36,542 nt of DNA, from assembly GCF_004010195.1 (NCBI RefSeq), contig NC_057753.1, forward strand, positions 12,723,631 to 12,760,172, read 5' to 3'. This document shows, one piece after another, positions 35,866 through 36,542 of the stretch (its first letter is position 1; every line of letters starts with the position of its first letter). Origin of the DNA: Chiloscyllium plagiosum. Its lineage: Eukaryota. The position numbers and the translations under genes are program-made. The notes under the pieces are model-generated. The model ran no database searches. It was not told the origin of the DNA and saw only the letters and a list, made by a program, of their open reading frames with translations.

Positions 35866-36028
35866 ACATAGAATCCCTACAGTGCAGAAGCAGGCGATTT
35901 GGCCACCAAGTCCACACAAAACATTGCAAAGCCTCCCACACTCCAACACACCATCCAGCCTCCACGAACCTGGACACTGTGCACAATTTAGTTTTGCTGA
36001 TCCACCTACGCTGCACATCTTTAGACTG
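35866..36028 (-). mobile_element. HE1-type SINE 3' fragment
   Basis: catagaatccctacagtgcagaagcaggcgatttggccaccaagtccaca...caatttag...tccaccta...gcacatctttagact. Confidence 0.75.
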
Positions 36029-36063
36029 GTGATGAAATGACCAAGATGTGTGCCAACTGGATA

Positions 36064-36203
36064 TCGAGCTGTCTGTCTGGTCAGTTAGAGATCAAGCTGT
36101 CCCTCAGGCCAGTTGAAGATCAAGATGTATCTCAGGTCAGTTAGATATCAAGTTGTTTCGAAATTCAGTGAGCAATAAAACTGTGTCTTCGGTCAGTTAG
36201 TGA
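36064..36203. repeat. Diverged minisatellite, 5 x 28 bp
   Basis: Units start at 36064, 36092, 36120, 36148 and 36176. Consensus is about TCAAGCTGTNTCTCNGGTCAGTTAGAGA. Confidence 0.8.
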
Positions 36204-36226
36204 CGATCTATCTGTGTCTGCAAATC

Positions 36227-36542
36227 AACATAATAGAACATAGAACATAGAACAATACAGCACAGAACAGGCCCTTCGGCCCACGATGTTATGCCGAGCA
36301 TTTGTACTAGCTTTAGCACCCATCCATGTACCTATCCAATTGCCACTTAAAGTTCGCCAATGATTCTGACTCTGCCACTCCCACAGGCAGCGCATTCCAT
36401 GCCCCCACCACTCTCTATGTAAAGAACACACCCCTGACATCTCCCCTATACCTTCCACCCTTCACCTTAAATTTATGACCCCTTGTAACACTCTGTTGTA
36501 CCCGGGAAAAAAGTTTCTGATTGTCTACTCTATCTATTCCCC
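36227..36542 (-). mobile_element. CR1 3' end with (AGAACAT)n tail, running off the window
   Basis: atagaacatagaacatagaacaatacagcacagaacaggcccttcggcccacgatgtt, then gcgcattccatgcccccaccactct (antisense RVVGAWNAL). Confidence 0.9.

Noticed and set aside
36064..36203. CRISPR-like array
   Set aside because: Units are contiguous with no unique spacers, there are no cas genes, and the context is vertebrate.

Overview
AT-rich, repeat-dense eukaryotic genomic DNA. The repeat set (HE1-type V-SINEs, a Deu-domain SINE, many CR1/HER1-type LINE fragments, Penelope-like elements) points to a cartilaginous fish, probably a shark; this is an inference. One intact protein-coding gene is supported: a two-exon class A GPCR of the GPR139/GPR142-like group. 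Its 70-nt coding exon 1 (17538-17607) splices to exon 2 (22265-23163), giving 322 aa. Most other ORF-track entries are antisense or decayed transposon frames, or noise. The most unusual structures are: (i) a 224-bp fold-back mini-element with a 17-bp target-site duplication, built from Penelope termini that carry minimal hammerhead ribozyme motifs, plus an older second fold-back of the same kind; (ii) a nested Penelope complex with an intact hammerhead core and a 5' inversion; (iii) a ~330-bp inverted duplication inside the GPCR intron; (iv) a ~450-bp tandem duplication. I see no solid evidence of a wholly new biological system. The ribozyme fold-back elements and the atypical receptor are the best leads. 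Family names come from recalled consensus motifs, not database searches.
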